The notes beneath the pieces were generated by a model that was given only the letters and a program-made list of their open reading frames with translations, was not told the DNA's origin and did no database searches. A stretch of DNA of 64,000 nt from Lingula anatina (Eukaryota; Animalia; Brachiopoda): positions 124,001 to 188,000 of the forward strand of contig JBPQGU010000016.1 in the NCBI GenBank assembly GCA_051362555.1. The letters are read 5' to 3'. Below, one piece after another: positions 1 through 12,200 of the stretch. The position numbers and the translations under genes are program-made. Each line of letters starts with the position of its first letter. Positions within the stretch are counted from its first letter, which is position 1.

Positions 1-859
1 AATAATACATAATGACACTTAATAAATAATATATAGATAATCTGTGCTTCATACCCCTCACACTGAAGGAAAGCATACTAGTAAATAACTTTTTACATGT
101 ATATAACATTAAGAAGAAATTGTCCTTCTTTTCCTCCACTTTTCACTGTACATATTGCATACGTGTGGAGCTAAATTTTACATCAAAAACCAAAACATCT
201 GTCTCTGAACTTGGGAACAATTAACAGTTATGTGTTATACATCTGTATTATTTTAGGTTATGTGTATCAACTGTCATTCAAATCTTTCAAACCAACAGCA
301 ATGAGTCAACTACTTCAAACAACAGGCCTTAACTGATATTTGTTTCAGCGCTTAAAAATATTCCATTTCATTTCATTCCATTTGAAAAAAAAAGACTGAT
401 TACGTACATTGATCAGCTGTCCAAACATTACACTGTGCTGCAATATGTGTTAATTCCTAAGTTTTTAAATAAGAAAATTATAAATAGTGATCGATCTTCA
501 AGACAGGTGTGCCATTCGTGAGCAAATAAAGAGGGGAAACTTTAAATAATAATAATTTTAGAAAAATGGTTGAAATTTGGGAGTAATTACTATACTGAAA
601 GATGCTGTCATTGGCTGTATTCACATCAGCAGACTAACTAGTCTGTGGATCAAATATGGCGAGCTCACTTGAATGCTTGTTGGGTAATCCCTGTGGGGAA
701 TCTATTCAGTGTCTATAATTAAGTGGATTAGATGACCAGTTGGTCACCATATTTGATCCGTGGACTAGTGAGTCAGCTGTTATGAATTGGGCCATTATCA
801 TTTCCAGTTAAAAATATCGCACCTAACACAATTAACGCAATGCACAACATTCTCCCTAC

Positions 860-2222
860 CTTCATCCTCGTCATCCGTCTCATCACTGCTCTTAGAAGGT
901 GACTCCACTGCTCTTCCCTGACCATCAGCCAACACAATCCCTTCCAGAGACTCCTGACTCCGAGACATGGCCTTTGTTGACTTCAGCCTCCTGACAACTG
1001 GTAGCACCACCTCTTGGGACTGGGTAGTGTCCATAATCCTTGTTCCACTTACGTTAAGTGCTGTTTCTGCATTAACATCCCCTGTTTTCTCCATTTCCCT
1101 GTCATCAGAGGTTACCCCGTTCCCAAATGCTTGGTGATTTTCATTGTTTTCTTTGTTTTGTAAAGCATCCAGGCTTTTGGTATTAAGACTGTCTGATCCC
1201 AGAGACGTCGTCTGTTGCGACTGTAAATTTTCCAATGGAGCCCTCTGTGTCACAGACATGTCACCAGGTGGACAGGTTCCTGTGCCACAGCTGGCATGAA
1301 CAGCGAGATGGCCAGACTGTGAGGAATTATTTTGAGAAGCACAGCCTCCTACTGATTCATCAAGGTTATTGAAGTCTCTGCCAGCACCAGCTGTAGCAGA
1401 CTGGGTTGATTCAGTGCTATCTTTGGTATGTTCACCAGGTGCCATTACAGGTGGCAGCACAGGTGCTCGCTCACCAGGTGGCAGCACAGGTGCTAGCTCA
1501 CCAGGTGGCACCTGTGTCTCTTCACCATTGACCGTTCCTATACTCGGTCTGACCTCATTATCAGCAACTTCAACAATCTTATCACAGTTTGTATTGGAAT
1601 GTTTGACTACATCTGGGGCACTGAGCTTGGGCAAACTTTGCTGATTAATGACTGGTCTTAACGGTGATTTTACTGGGGGTTCGTGATTTAGGGACACTGG
1701 CTTGCCACCATGTTCTTCACTACTGCTCCTCAATTCCGTGTCCAAAGATCCATTACCACTTGTATAATCATGTTTTACCCCATTCTGGGAAGGATGCTTA
1801 TCAGATAAGGGTAATACTTCCGCAGAATTGCTCTTATCGAGTCCCGGCTGTGGTGGTCTAATCTGCTCTATTACAGGGGTGTTATCAGTGCATGAGTTCT
1901 GTTTAAGTGTACTCTGAGACTTTTGAACGTGAGACTCAGCAGTCCCACCCAGTTTATCTGATTCCTCATAGTTATTATCAACATCGTCAAGCTGATCATC
2001 GAGAAAACCAAATGCTGAATTGATCTGACGAGAAATTCTCGACTGACGGAAAATATCTGAACCTCTTTCCAGCTGCGATGTGATCCTACCACCAGTCCCA
2101 TCTTCCACAGGTTTTGTGTGGTTACGCCTAGTGACTGTGTCTTCAGTGTCTATTTCACTAGTGTAGGTTCCACCATTTATTTTTGAACCTTCCGCCTGGT
2201 TCTCCCCTAGAGTCTGGTCCAT
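860..2222 (-). CDS. Large low-complexity/disordered coding exon of an unidentified gene that continues left of the window
   Basis: 474-aa ORF rich in S/T/E/Q/N. On the - strand, acceptor tcatccag| before 2247, ATG at 2222, probable donor GAAG|GTAGGG at 859. No recognisable domain. Confidence 0.7.
1430..1512. repeat. 27-bp coding tandem repeat (PPGELAPVL/PPGERAPVL/PPVMAPGE)
   Basis: tcaccaggtggcagcacaggtgct units repeated about 3 times. Confidence 0.75.
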
Positions 2223-2684
2223 TCTACGTTATGAGCTGAAGATGTTCCTGGATGATACAGAAATAATCAATGTTTTAACATGTTCACACTATCTCTTTTA
2301 ATCAAATCCTTCATAAATTTATTAATCTATGATATCAATGTAGAACACATTTACTGGTATAAATGAAAATTAATCTGACTCGATCATTTTCTACAGCTGG
2401 GCCTTTCCCATCATCCTTCAAAAATCTAAATAATGGATGAATTTATTTTATATCCATTAGATTTATAACAAATATCACAATGACCTTTATTGAGGAGTTT
2501 TTTTAGAAAACACATTCTGTCACAAATTCTGTCAATATGGGATTCTTAAGTCACATGTCACCAATATATATTATAACCAAAGGGAAACATATTCTGTTCT
2601 CTTTGTGTATATTATAATAATTATATTTTTTATAAATCACTGAGCACAAAACATTTGCAAGCTAGATAGCTACAACAGTATAAT

Positions 2685-3183
2685 AACAAGGCAGCAAAGC
2701 TGTCAAATGTACAGACAAAAAACAGAAAAAAAGCGCAGGAAATAGGATACTGTCAATTTTGATGCATTAATGTATTATGCTTACTGTAACTGCATAGCCA
2801 ACATCAAATTCTAATTCTGCATAACATTGAATTAGGATGAAAGTAAAATGTGTAACAAGCATTAGACTGAGTTCCCATACCTAGATCAATCTAACAGGAT
2901 CAATCCAACTCCAAGGGGTTTCTCACTAAATTGCTTTCAGTTTAAGCGGCTTAGGATTCTGGCATGCCAGTTTCAGTAGGCGTGACAGACAGCTAAGCCA
3001 CTTACATTGATTGCAATTTAACGAGAATTCCCTTGGAGATACATCGATCCACAGTTAGCGTGATAGGCTGTGGAAATAGTCCCTAAGGCTTGAGGCTGAT
3101 AAGAGTTAAACTTTGGAAATGCCAGAATGAGATAAAGTGAAAATTTCTTAAAGTCATTGCTTAAACTCAATTAAAAAAAAAAC

Positions 3184-3232
<49 letters not shown>

Positions 3233-6200
3233 CATACTTGTAAGTTAAAAAAATACAGAAAGTGTTACAAAGTTACAGTACAGGGCTCCTGGTGGATGGG
3301 AGTGATAAGTCACATCTTGAAAATGCCAGTTTGAAAAATTAAAAATTAAAGAAAAAATTACAAAAATATTCCACTAAAGCTCAATTCAGTCTAGCTGCAT
3401 AACCATGATATGAATCATCCAACTTCAGTTTAAACAGTGTAAACAAGTCACAGAAATATAATATATTTTGTTTTACCACAAAAAGGGCAGTCATAGCTAT
3501 TATTCTGATATCTGAACTTGTCATCAGACCATGTGACCTCCATAGGTGGCTATACTTTGTAATAATTTCTTAAGAGATTTTAACAAAAAAAACTTTTTAG
3601 AAAAAAATTATTTGCCAAAAAAGAACAGTTATTATCCCTTTAACTGTAAAGTCAAGTTGCAAATATTGCACAACAGGTAGTATCAATAAAAGTGAACTGT
3701 TACATACCCTTGGGAGTTATAAGTCCCACACTGAAAATGCCAGTAGGTAAAAGATAAAAATTTCAAAAATATATACAACAGAATAACATGGTCAATAAGA
3801 TTCAGTTTCAGGACCATATGTGAGACTTCAAATTCACATAATGAAAATCCCTATATGTGAAAAATGATGACAGTGCATAAAATAATATTACACAATGTTT
3901 AAAGACATAAAAACCAACACAACTGCTAATGTGGAAAAACAAAATACACAGCGCTTCTGGTGGATGACAGTTGAAAGTGTCATCTTGAAGATGCTAGTGT
4001 TTGAAAAAAAAATTAAAAGAAAATGTAAAATAAAACAACAAAAAAATACCAATAAAGCTGCTATTCAAACTTTTAATCTAGCTGTACAATTACTAACATG
4101 ATATGAATAACCCTATTGAGTTTGAGAATAATAAGGCACTGTTATTCATCTTAACATTAATGTAAGCGTTACACAAAATTTTTCTTTTGTAAACTTATTT
4201 TCAATATTAAATAACATTTACCTGCATAATAATAATCGATTCCTAATTATGTGACACAGTTAAGAGAGCTAAACCTATGGGACTTTACAATGAAATCTCA
4301 ATGTGTGTTTATGTAATCTCATTTAATGGCCACTTGAAAATCAATTAAGCAAATTATTTTATAACCCTGAAATAACTTGAAAATCAATTAAGCAAATTAC
4401 TTTATAACCCTGAATTAACTGCCTACTATCCATATACATTTATTGCACCAAATAGCACTCTACTGCATTGCTTTCAAAACAGAAAACAATTACAATGGTT
4501 TTCCACAAAGTAGGGTTTTCTTCAACTTTCATGCAATATAACATAATACTTACCAGCAATAAACCATCAATTTTTTTATAAAAAAAATAAAAGTATCATG
4601 GATATTCAGAAAATGTGATACGGAAAGGTCTCCAAGGACATGGAAGTTCAGAGTCACACTTTCAAAATGCCAAAATGTTAACAAGAGATAACTGTACTGA
4701 AATGATTTTCTTTCCATTTTCAACACCTTTTTTACATAAAACAATAATCAATTTACTGTCATTTTTATATGATCAACTAGGAAAATTGTTGACATAGGAA
4801 AAATATAAATAGAACAATTTATAATGTCCAATTTGCTCCATTTGGAGATTCTGAACATAGTGAATGATTGAATCTGACAAACTGCAATGATGAGTTCCTT
4901 TCCATTTTTGATACTTTATTACACAATGCACTATAATAGGTTTACCGTCATTTTTATATAATCAACTAACAATATTGTTAAGAAGCAGAAAATGTTAAAA
5001 CAACACTTTTACATATCCAATTAGTTCTGTAATGAGACTGTTAACATGCTTAAGAATTAAATCTGAAGAAAAACCACTTATATACAAAAAGGCTAATAAC
5101 TTCATCAAAACTTAACTGATCAAGCTTATTTTCAAACTTGATCTGTATACTGGTCAGATTGATCACTCCTGTGAGTTGCAAGATAAAAGGCTGATTGGTT
5201 TTCCTTAAAATGCGTTATCAGTGTTGCATGTATGCTGAATAAAGGAAAAAAACAGCATTACTTTTGTTAAAATAGTCCAATTATGCCAATTTTCAAACTT
5301 GACCTGCGTATTATAAATATTCACCAGTTCTGTAAATTTCAATCCAAAAGGAAAAACATTTTTACACTTATCAAGTTATCGGTGTTACAAAAGTGCTGAA
5401 AAAATTGAAAAAAAAAAAAAAACAGGATAACTTCCATAAAAATTGCCCAATCTTGTTGATTTTCAAACTTGACCTGTGTATTATATATTCATTAGTTCTG
5501 TAAGTTTCAAGCCAAAAGAAAAAACAGTTTTCCACTTATTGTGTTATCAGTGCTGCATATATGCTGAAAAAAGTGAAAAAACAGCATAAATTCCCTAACA
5601 ATGATCCAATCATGCTGATTTTCGAACTTGACCTGCCTATTATGAATATTCATCAGTTCTGCAAGTTTCAAGCCAAAAGGTAAATTGGTTTTCCACTTAT
5701 CATGTTATCGGTGCTGCATATATGCTGAAAAAAGTGAAAAATCAGCATAAATTCCCTAAAAATAACCCAATCATGCTGATTTTCGAACTTGACCTGCGTA
5801 TTATGAATATTCATCAGTTCTGTAAGTTTCAAGTCAAAAGGTAAAATAGTTTTCCACTTATCGTGTTATCGGTGCTGCATATATGCTGAAAAAAGTGAAA
5901 AAACTGCATAAATTCCCTAAAAGTGACCCGATCATGCTGATTTTCAAACTTGACCTGCGTATTATGAATATTCATCAGTTCTGTAAGTTTCAAGTCAAAA
6001 GGTAAAATAGTTTTCCACTTATCGTGTTATCGGTGCTGCATATATGCTGAAAAAAGTGAAAAAACTGCATAAATTCCCTAAAAGTGACCCAATCATGCTG
6101 ATTTTCGAACTTGACCTGCGTATTATGAATATTCATCAGTTCTGTAAGTTTCAAGTCAAAAGGTAAAATAGTTTTCCACTTATCGTGTTATCGGTGCTGC

Positions 6201-6618
6201 ATATATGCTGAAAAAAGTGAAAAAACTGCATAAATTCCCTAAAAGTGACCCGATCATGCTGATTTTCGAACTTGACCTGCGTATTATGAATATTCATCAG
6301 TTCTGCAAGTTTCAAGTCAAAAGGTGAAATGGTTTTCCACTTATCGTGTTATCAGTGCTGCATATATGTTGAAAAAAGTGAAAAAACAGCATAAATTCCC
6401 TAAGAGTGACCCGATCATGCTGATTTTCGAACTTGACCTGCGTATTATGAATATTCATCAGTTCTGCAAGTTTCAAATCAAAAGGCAAAATGGTTTTCCA
6501 CTTATCGTGTTATCGGTAAAAGTGCACGGCGACGGCGACGACGGCGACGACGGCGACGGCGACGACAGACGCAGATGATGGCTATATGTACAGACACATC
6601 TGTGTCTGTACATAAAAA
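2685..6618 (-). mobile_element. Helentron-associated non-autonomous element (HINE-like), family A copy 1, with 161-bp internal array
   Basis: One end is AACAAGGCAGCAAAGCTGTCAAATGTACAGACA. The other is the TGTACAGACACAtcTGTGTCTGTACA hairpin plus AAAAA, with a GAC/GACGGC microsatellite at about 6527-6570. Sub-terminal TGTACAGACA inverted repeats and no TSD match the DINE-1/HINE layout. Confidence 0.8.
5440..6520. repeat. 161-bp tandem repeat array inside HINE copy 1
   Basis: atatgctgaaaaaagtg recurs at 5881, 6042 and 6203 (period 161); units become more degenerate leftward. Confidence 0.9.
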
Positions 6619-6644
6619 TGAACACAATCCTAGCCCCAGTTTTA

Positions 6645-6645
<1 letters not shown>

Positions 6646-6733
<88 letters not shown>
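6646..6733. repeat. Poly(A) plus (TA)n microsatellite; others at 3185-3230 (TA), 21837-21880 (AAT), 43580-43620 and 44258-44305 (ATTT)
   Basis: Directly visible. Confidence 0.9.
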
Positions 6734-6735
<2 letters not shown>

Positions 6736-7720
6736 TTAGGTCAGGTGCCTGGGTCAGCTGACTAGGATTTCCAAGAGAGTGCTATTACACTGCTCCTGAT
6801 TGGGTTAGATACACGTACATGTATGTCCATGTGACCATGTAACCTTGGTAATTAAGTTCCATGAAGCCTTTTCGTTTACTCTGTGTGTCCTCTGACAATT
6901 TTCATCTTTTATTCTTATCTATATAACATTATTTATTGATACTAGTAAATTTATTTATTTGAAAATGGAGCATTTAGAGAAAACCGTCACTGTTATATCA
7001 CTAATTATTGATTTGACTCTAATAAAAAAACTCACACCCAAGTGAACCAGGTAGTAATTTTAATTTAAAACTACTGTATATGTACATGTAGTCGGTTAGC
7101 TATCTGAGTTAAGCCATCTTAGTTTAGCAGAGAAATATTTTCAAAGCATTTAACTGTGACAAAGAGGTTGTTAATGCTTTCACCCTACTCTGTAAACTGG
7201 CTGTGTAGGTACAATCTAACCAGTTTAACATAAAAAGTATTTTGATGGATTTTGACAAAATTTTGGGAATAGGCCTGAATTAAAATGACTGTAAAAAAGT
7301 GATAAGACTTTGGTGGAGATCTGGATCCTCATTTGAATCTAGAAATTTGTGAAGGATTCCAATCAATGTGAGAAAGAGCCTACATGTATATTTTGTTTCT
7401 CTCTTTTTGTTTACACCCAGTGCAATATGTACATGTGGTTCAAAAATCAATGATGCCAAGAAAACAGCTGATTAACTAGATACCTGATAAATAATTAATA
7501 ACAATTATGGGAACTGAATTGCCTTGGTGGAGGTCTGCGCTGTCTGAGTGCATTTCTAGTTATCATGCACTAAATATCATAGAATCACAATACACAAAGT
7601 GCAGCATTGCACGTTTAAAAGAACAAATAAATTAAAGGGATCAAAGAAGATAATTATTATTCCCAAAGATATTAACGTTGAAACGTGTTAAAATATACCT
7701 TTTAAAACATCAGCAAATAC

Positions 7721-8207
7721 ACTCACAAAGAACTGATGAAACACTGCCGCTGCAAAGCTAATAAAACGTTGCCATTTTCACGTCTCTTCTGTGCTACTGA
7801 GTAGGTCGCACCTGTTGACAATGTAAACTTCCTGCTTCGATGAGGGGTTGTCTTGGCACATGATACGAAACTATAATTAAAATATCCCCGAACCAGGCAA
7901 CCCTAGGCCCAGCGGTGTATCCCAACCAAGATGATAAACTTTTCCAGTTCAAAAAGTTTTTATTGAATTCATGTATTTGAATACAACGAAAAAATAGGAG
8001 TTTTGAACGTCTTTTTATAAAACCTCATTGCTAACATCATAACTAACGTTTTGACGTGTGCCGTGAAAAAAAAATTCCCAACTTTCGTTTTGAACAATAG
8101 AATTACTTCCGCAAAGACAAATACCGGTGCACTCAGTGTGTCTTCAATTTACTAAATTTTGCAACCAAAGGAGACTTATTTTATAACAGATTTGACTCGA
8201 GGTAAGC
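7721..8207. promoter_or_regulatory. Putative bidirectional promoter with non-coding first exons of both genes
   Basis: Local CpG enrichment. - strand donor GTGAGT at 7726-7721; + strand donor GAG|GTAAGC at 8202. CRE-like TGACGT 8052-8057, kB-like GGGAATTTTT on - strand about 8070-8079, IRF-E-like ACTTTCGTTTT 8081-8091, ETS-like ACTTCC near 7827 and 8105. Confidence 0.55.
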
Positions 8208-8981
8208 TGATATTTATATAGTTTCAGCTTTGAATAGATAAAAACTTAGAAATGTGGTAGAAACTTCCCAATTTTTGATATGTATAAAATTTCGCGGAAG
8301 AAGATGCCAAGTTCATGATTTTTTTTATAATACTAGATTGAAATTTGGCAAATAGATAGCCACATATCTGAGTATAGATTAACCGTTTGATTTATTAAGC
8401 TATACAATGAAAGGAAAATATATTGGTGGCCCCGATTTCTATTTTTAAAAGTTGTCTTATAAAATATGAAGGGAATCGAAATTAGTACAGTTCAAAACTT
8501 GATCTTTGACAAGGAATCATGAGCACATTTGTTTCACCCAGGCAATCGTGTGTTTGTGCAGAATTAAAGAGAAGGAAAATATTTAAAACTTACCAAAGTT
8601 AAATTTGAATAATCTGTCATCTATTAATATAAGTTAATTATATAAATTATATTTTATAATAGTATATACTAGTATACTTAGCTAGTATGTTAGAATTTGA
8701 ATGTTAGTCTGCCATGGCTGAATATTTTATCCAGTTGTTTGAAATAGTAGTTATGATGGACATTTTTCTGCCACAGTTTTACTATTTGTTTATTTAAACA
8801 CTTTTTTTTAGTTTCTGATCATGTTACATGTACATGTAGCCTGTATCTTATAATCTGAAACAGCACAGTTAAGGAAGAACAAGTCCACGATTTTTTTCTT
8901 TAAATAATTGAAATGTTAAAAAAGAAAAGTATATTGTGTTACAGATAGATTTGTGGTGTGCAACTTTCACATTGAAAGATA

Positions 8982-9243
8982 ATGGGAATCTCAGTTGAGG
9001 CATGGAGGCTGAGAATAGGTTGTTTTACACACTCTTCCTCGGCCAGCAGTGAAGATGACCCTCACAGAAACAGCCACCGGAAACGAAAGTGTAGAACCAC
9101 AAATCATGATTGTGTAGCCAAGGTCTTGCCTGTTGAACAAAATGAGGAGTTGCCCAGTGCCCTAGGGGCTAAAAGATTGAAAACAGCCTCTCCTAGAAAA
9201 TCCTTTGCACAGCAGTTATGCGCTTATATTCCAAATCTCAGAG
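8982..9243 (+). CDS. First coding exon of the HELZ2-like gene (leader MGISVEAWRLRIGCF..., basic clusters HRKRKCR and AKRLK)
   Basis: Acceptor ttacag at 8944, ATG at 8982, donor AG|GTAATG at 9244 (phase 1), which matches the phase-1 acceptor of the 2A exon. Confidence 0.7.
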
Positions 9244-12200
9244 GTAATGGAGGCAATTCACAGACTTGCTTTAAAAATCAGTTTTATTTATTTATCTGTT
9301 TTCAGTAATTGATTAATTTTTGTATTTATTTTATTTGTTTATTTATTTTTGAGGGAGGGACAGGGATAAGAGTTCTGCTCCAGAGTTGTTTCAAACTCTT
9401 ACCTTTAAACTTTTTTTAAGGGATAACAACTATTCATTTTGGCCAAAAAATGAATGTTCTTGGGGTAAACAACAATTTTCCCATACTTATCAATGGTTAA
9501 TGAATCCATTTCTACATTCAAATTTAGTCCCTATTTTTTTTTTCAAAAAAGTTTTTTTTTTTGCAATAATCTCTTAAGAGATTATTACAGAGTACAGCCA
9601 TCTGTGGAGGTCACATGGTTGGATGACAAGCACAGATTTCAGAATAATTGTTTAAACTGCCATTTTTTGTTGTGAAATTGAATATATTATATTTTTATGA
9701 GTTTTTTACAATGTTTTATTGTGAAGTATAGATCTCATACGAAGAGTTGTTATCCCTTTAACTTAGAGCTTACAATTTTTAGAGCCATATCTCTCTTTCT
9801 CTCTCTCCCTCTCTCTCTCTTATGTGACTATATTAAATGATTAAGACTATTTTACTGCTAAAATGCGATCCAAAGACAGTCTGCGCCAAAAACTTTTTAG
9901 ACTACTAGCCCTTCGGGCTAGCAGACTCTCAAACTTTACTAGCCCAAACCAAAAATCACTAGCCCAATTTAAATAATTCATTTAAAAAGTTTAAGCAGAT
10001 GTTGTAAAGAGTTGTGGTACCATACTGTACTTTCTTGAAAACCTTATTATAGAAGTAGAGCAAGTGAATAACAAAGTCAATCAGGTTAATTTTCAGTTGA
10101 TGGGGTGGTAAAATTGATTTAAAATATAATTAATTATTTAATATTGAAAAAATTCCCTTTTTTAGTATGTAATACTGAAAAAAGTTACCCTTACTTTTCA
10201 TATTTTTATAATACCTTTCTTTCCATTTTTATATGCAATCAAATTTTTTTTTTTAAATTCCTATTCTTTTTATTGACAATGGCTCTTTTCCGACAATTTA
10301 TTTCCAATAACATCAGTACATAATGCCACTTCTAATTTAAAATACATAGGTACTGTGAAGGTAATTAAACAAACGTCTTGCAATTTTTTTGGTTACAATT
10401 CTTTTGGTTATACAACTGTAAAAACAACTTTTCAAGTGTGGAGGGGTAGCCATGGCATAAACCCAACTATGCCACATTGTCAAGAATAGTTCATAGGGTA
10501 TTTATGTCACATGTAACTGCCAGGGTCTTATTGTTTTTAAAAGGCAATAAGCAAAGGAAAATGTATTGACTCGTGGATATTAAAATTATAAATAAAAATT
10601 ATAAACAAAAAAGGAAATAGAATACTACACCCCTCAGTCTGCTAAGTGGTCCTAACCCAAATGTTCTATGAGATAATGCATACATTACACTTGCTTCGGA
10701 GACAGTGTTGTTTTGACAAAACCTGTTGCTAGTACCAAGGAATTCCGGTCTGATCCAGTAACTTGATTGACAGCAATTTGTAGTCATGACAACGAACTGG
10801 TCAAATAAGAAGATGCCGACAAGCTGATCAGACAGACTGCTGCTATAAATAACTACAGTGAAGTTATTTATAGCAACTAATCAATATTCAGTAGTTAGAG
10901 CTAGGTGTGAGAGGCATATCATACTATCTAGAAACGTCAAATTAGAGGCAGGGACAAAGAAGACTGGCGACTTATATTTTTGAAATCTTACTGAGTGTTA
11001 CAATAGGCTCAAAATTTCAACTAGCCCGTTCGGGCTAGTGCTTTGTAAAATTTCAACTTTTTTACTAGCCCGGTGCCACTTTAGGTAGGCAATTGCCTCG
11101 GGCTAGTGCCTAACGTCGCAGACTGCAAAGATTTTACTTGTCCTTAGAAATTTAGGTTCAACATAATAAGCAATTCATGTACTTAGAATGCTTTAAAAAT
11201 CCTGTGCTTCATTCTTTTAATATCTCCCTCCCTCTCCTTTTTTTTTACTATATTTTTTTCACTCTTGTGCACTTGTTTCAGGGTCTCCAGAGAATGTCAT
11301 CCATAAAATTAAATAAATAGACATGAATGTACCCATATGGACTTTTTATGTACAGACACAGATGTGTCTGTACATATAGCCATCACCTGCGTCTGTCGTC
11401 GCCGTCGCCGTCGTCGCCGTGCACTTTTACCGATAACACGATAAGTGGAAAACTGTTTTTCATTTCAGCTTGAAACTTACAGAATTGATAAATATTTATA
11501 ATACACAGGTCAAGTTCGAAAATCAGCATGATCGGGTCACTTGTAGGGAAGTTATGTTGTTTTTTCACTTTTTTCAGCATACATGCAGCACCGATAACAC
11601 GATAAGTGGAAAACCATTTTACTTTTTGGCTTGAAACTTACAGAACCTATGAATATTCATGATACGCAGGTCGAGTTCGAAAATCAGCATGATCGGGCCA
11701 TATTTGTGGAAGTTATACTATTTTTTCATTTTTTTTCAGCATAAATGCAACACCAATAACACGATAAGTTAAAAACCGTTTTACCTTTTGGCTTGAAACT
11801 TACAGAACCGATGAATATTCATAATATGCAGGTCAAGTTCGAAAATCAGCATGATCGGGCCATATTTGTGGAAGTTATGCTATTTTTTCATTTTTTTTCA
11901 GCATAAATGCAACACCAATAACACGATAAGTTAACAAGGCAGCAAAGCTGTCAAATGTACAGACAAAAAACAGAAAATAAAGATGCAAAATAGGTCATTT
12001 TGTCAATTTTGATGCAATAATAAATAATGCTTATAATAGCACTGTCAGTCAACACTGAATTTTAATCATGCACAACAGGTAAAATGGTCAATAACATGAG
12101 CGGACCCAGAGATATTTTCTGACAGTATTCCAAAGTATCTATTTTGATCCATCCTCCATTTTGATGGTCTTCCAACAGAAGAAAAAATAGATACCAGGCA

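Noticed and set aside
5440-6520. Regular arrays (161, 145 and 58 bp) as CRISPR-like loci
   Set aside because: Units are contiguous tandem repeats without unique spacers, there are no cas genes, and the DNA is spliceosomal-intron eukaryotic.
6324-6578. Recurrent ORFs MLKKVKKQH...DGDDRRR (also 11383, 16386, 37577) that look like a small gene family
   Set aside because: They are chance translations of the 161-bp unit plus GAC microsatellite of the same non-autonomous element.
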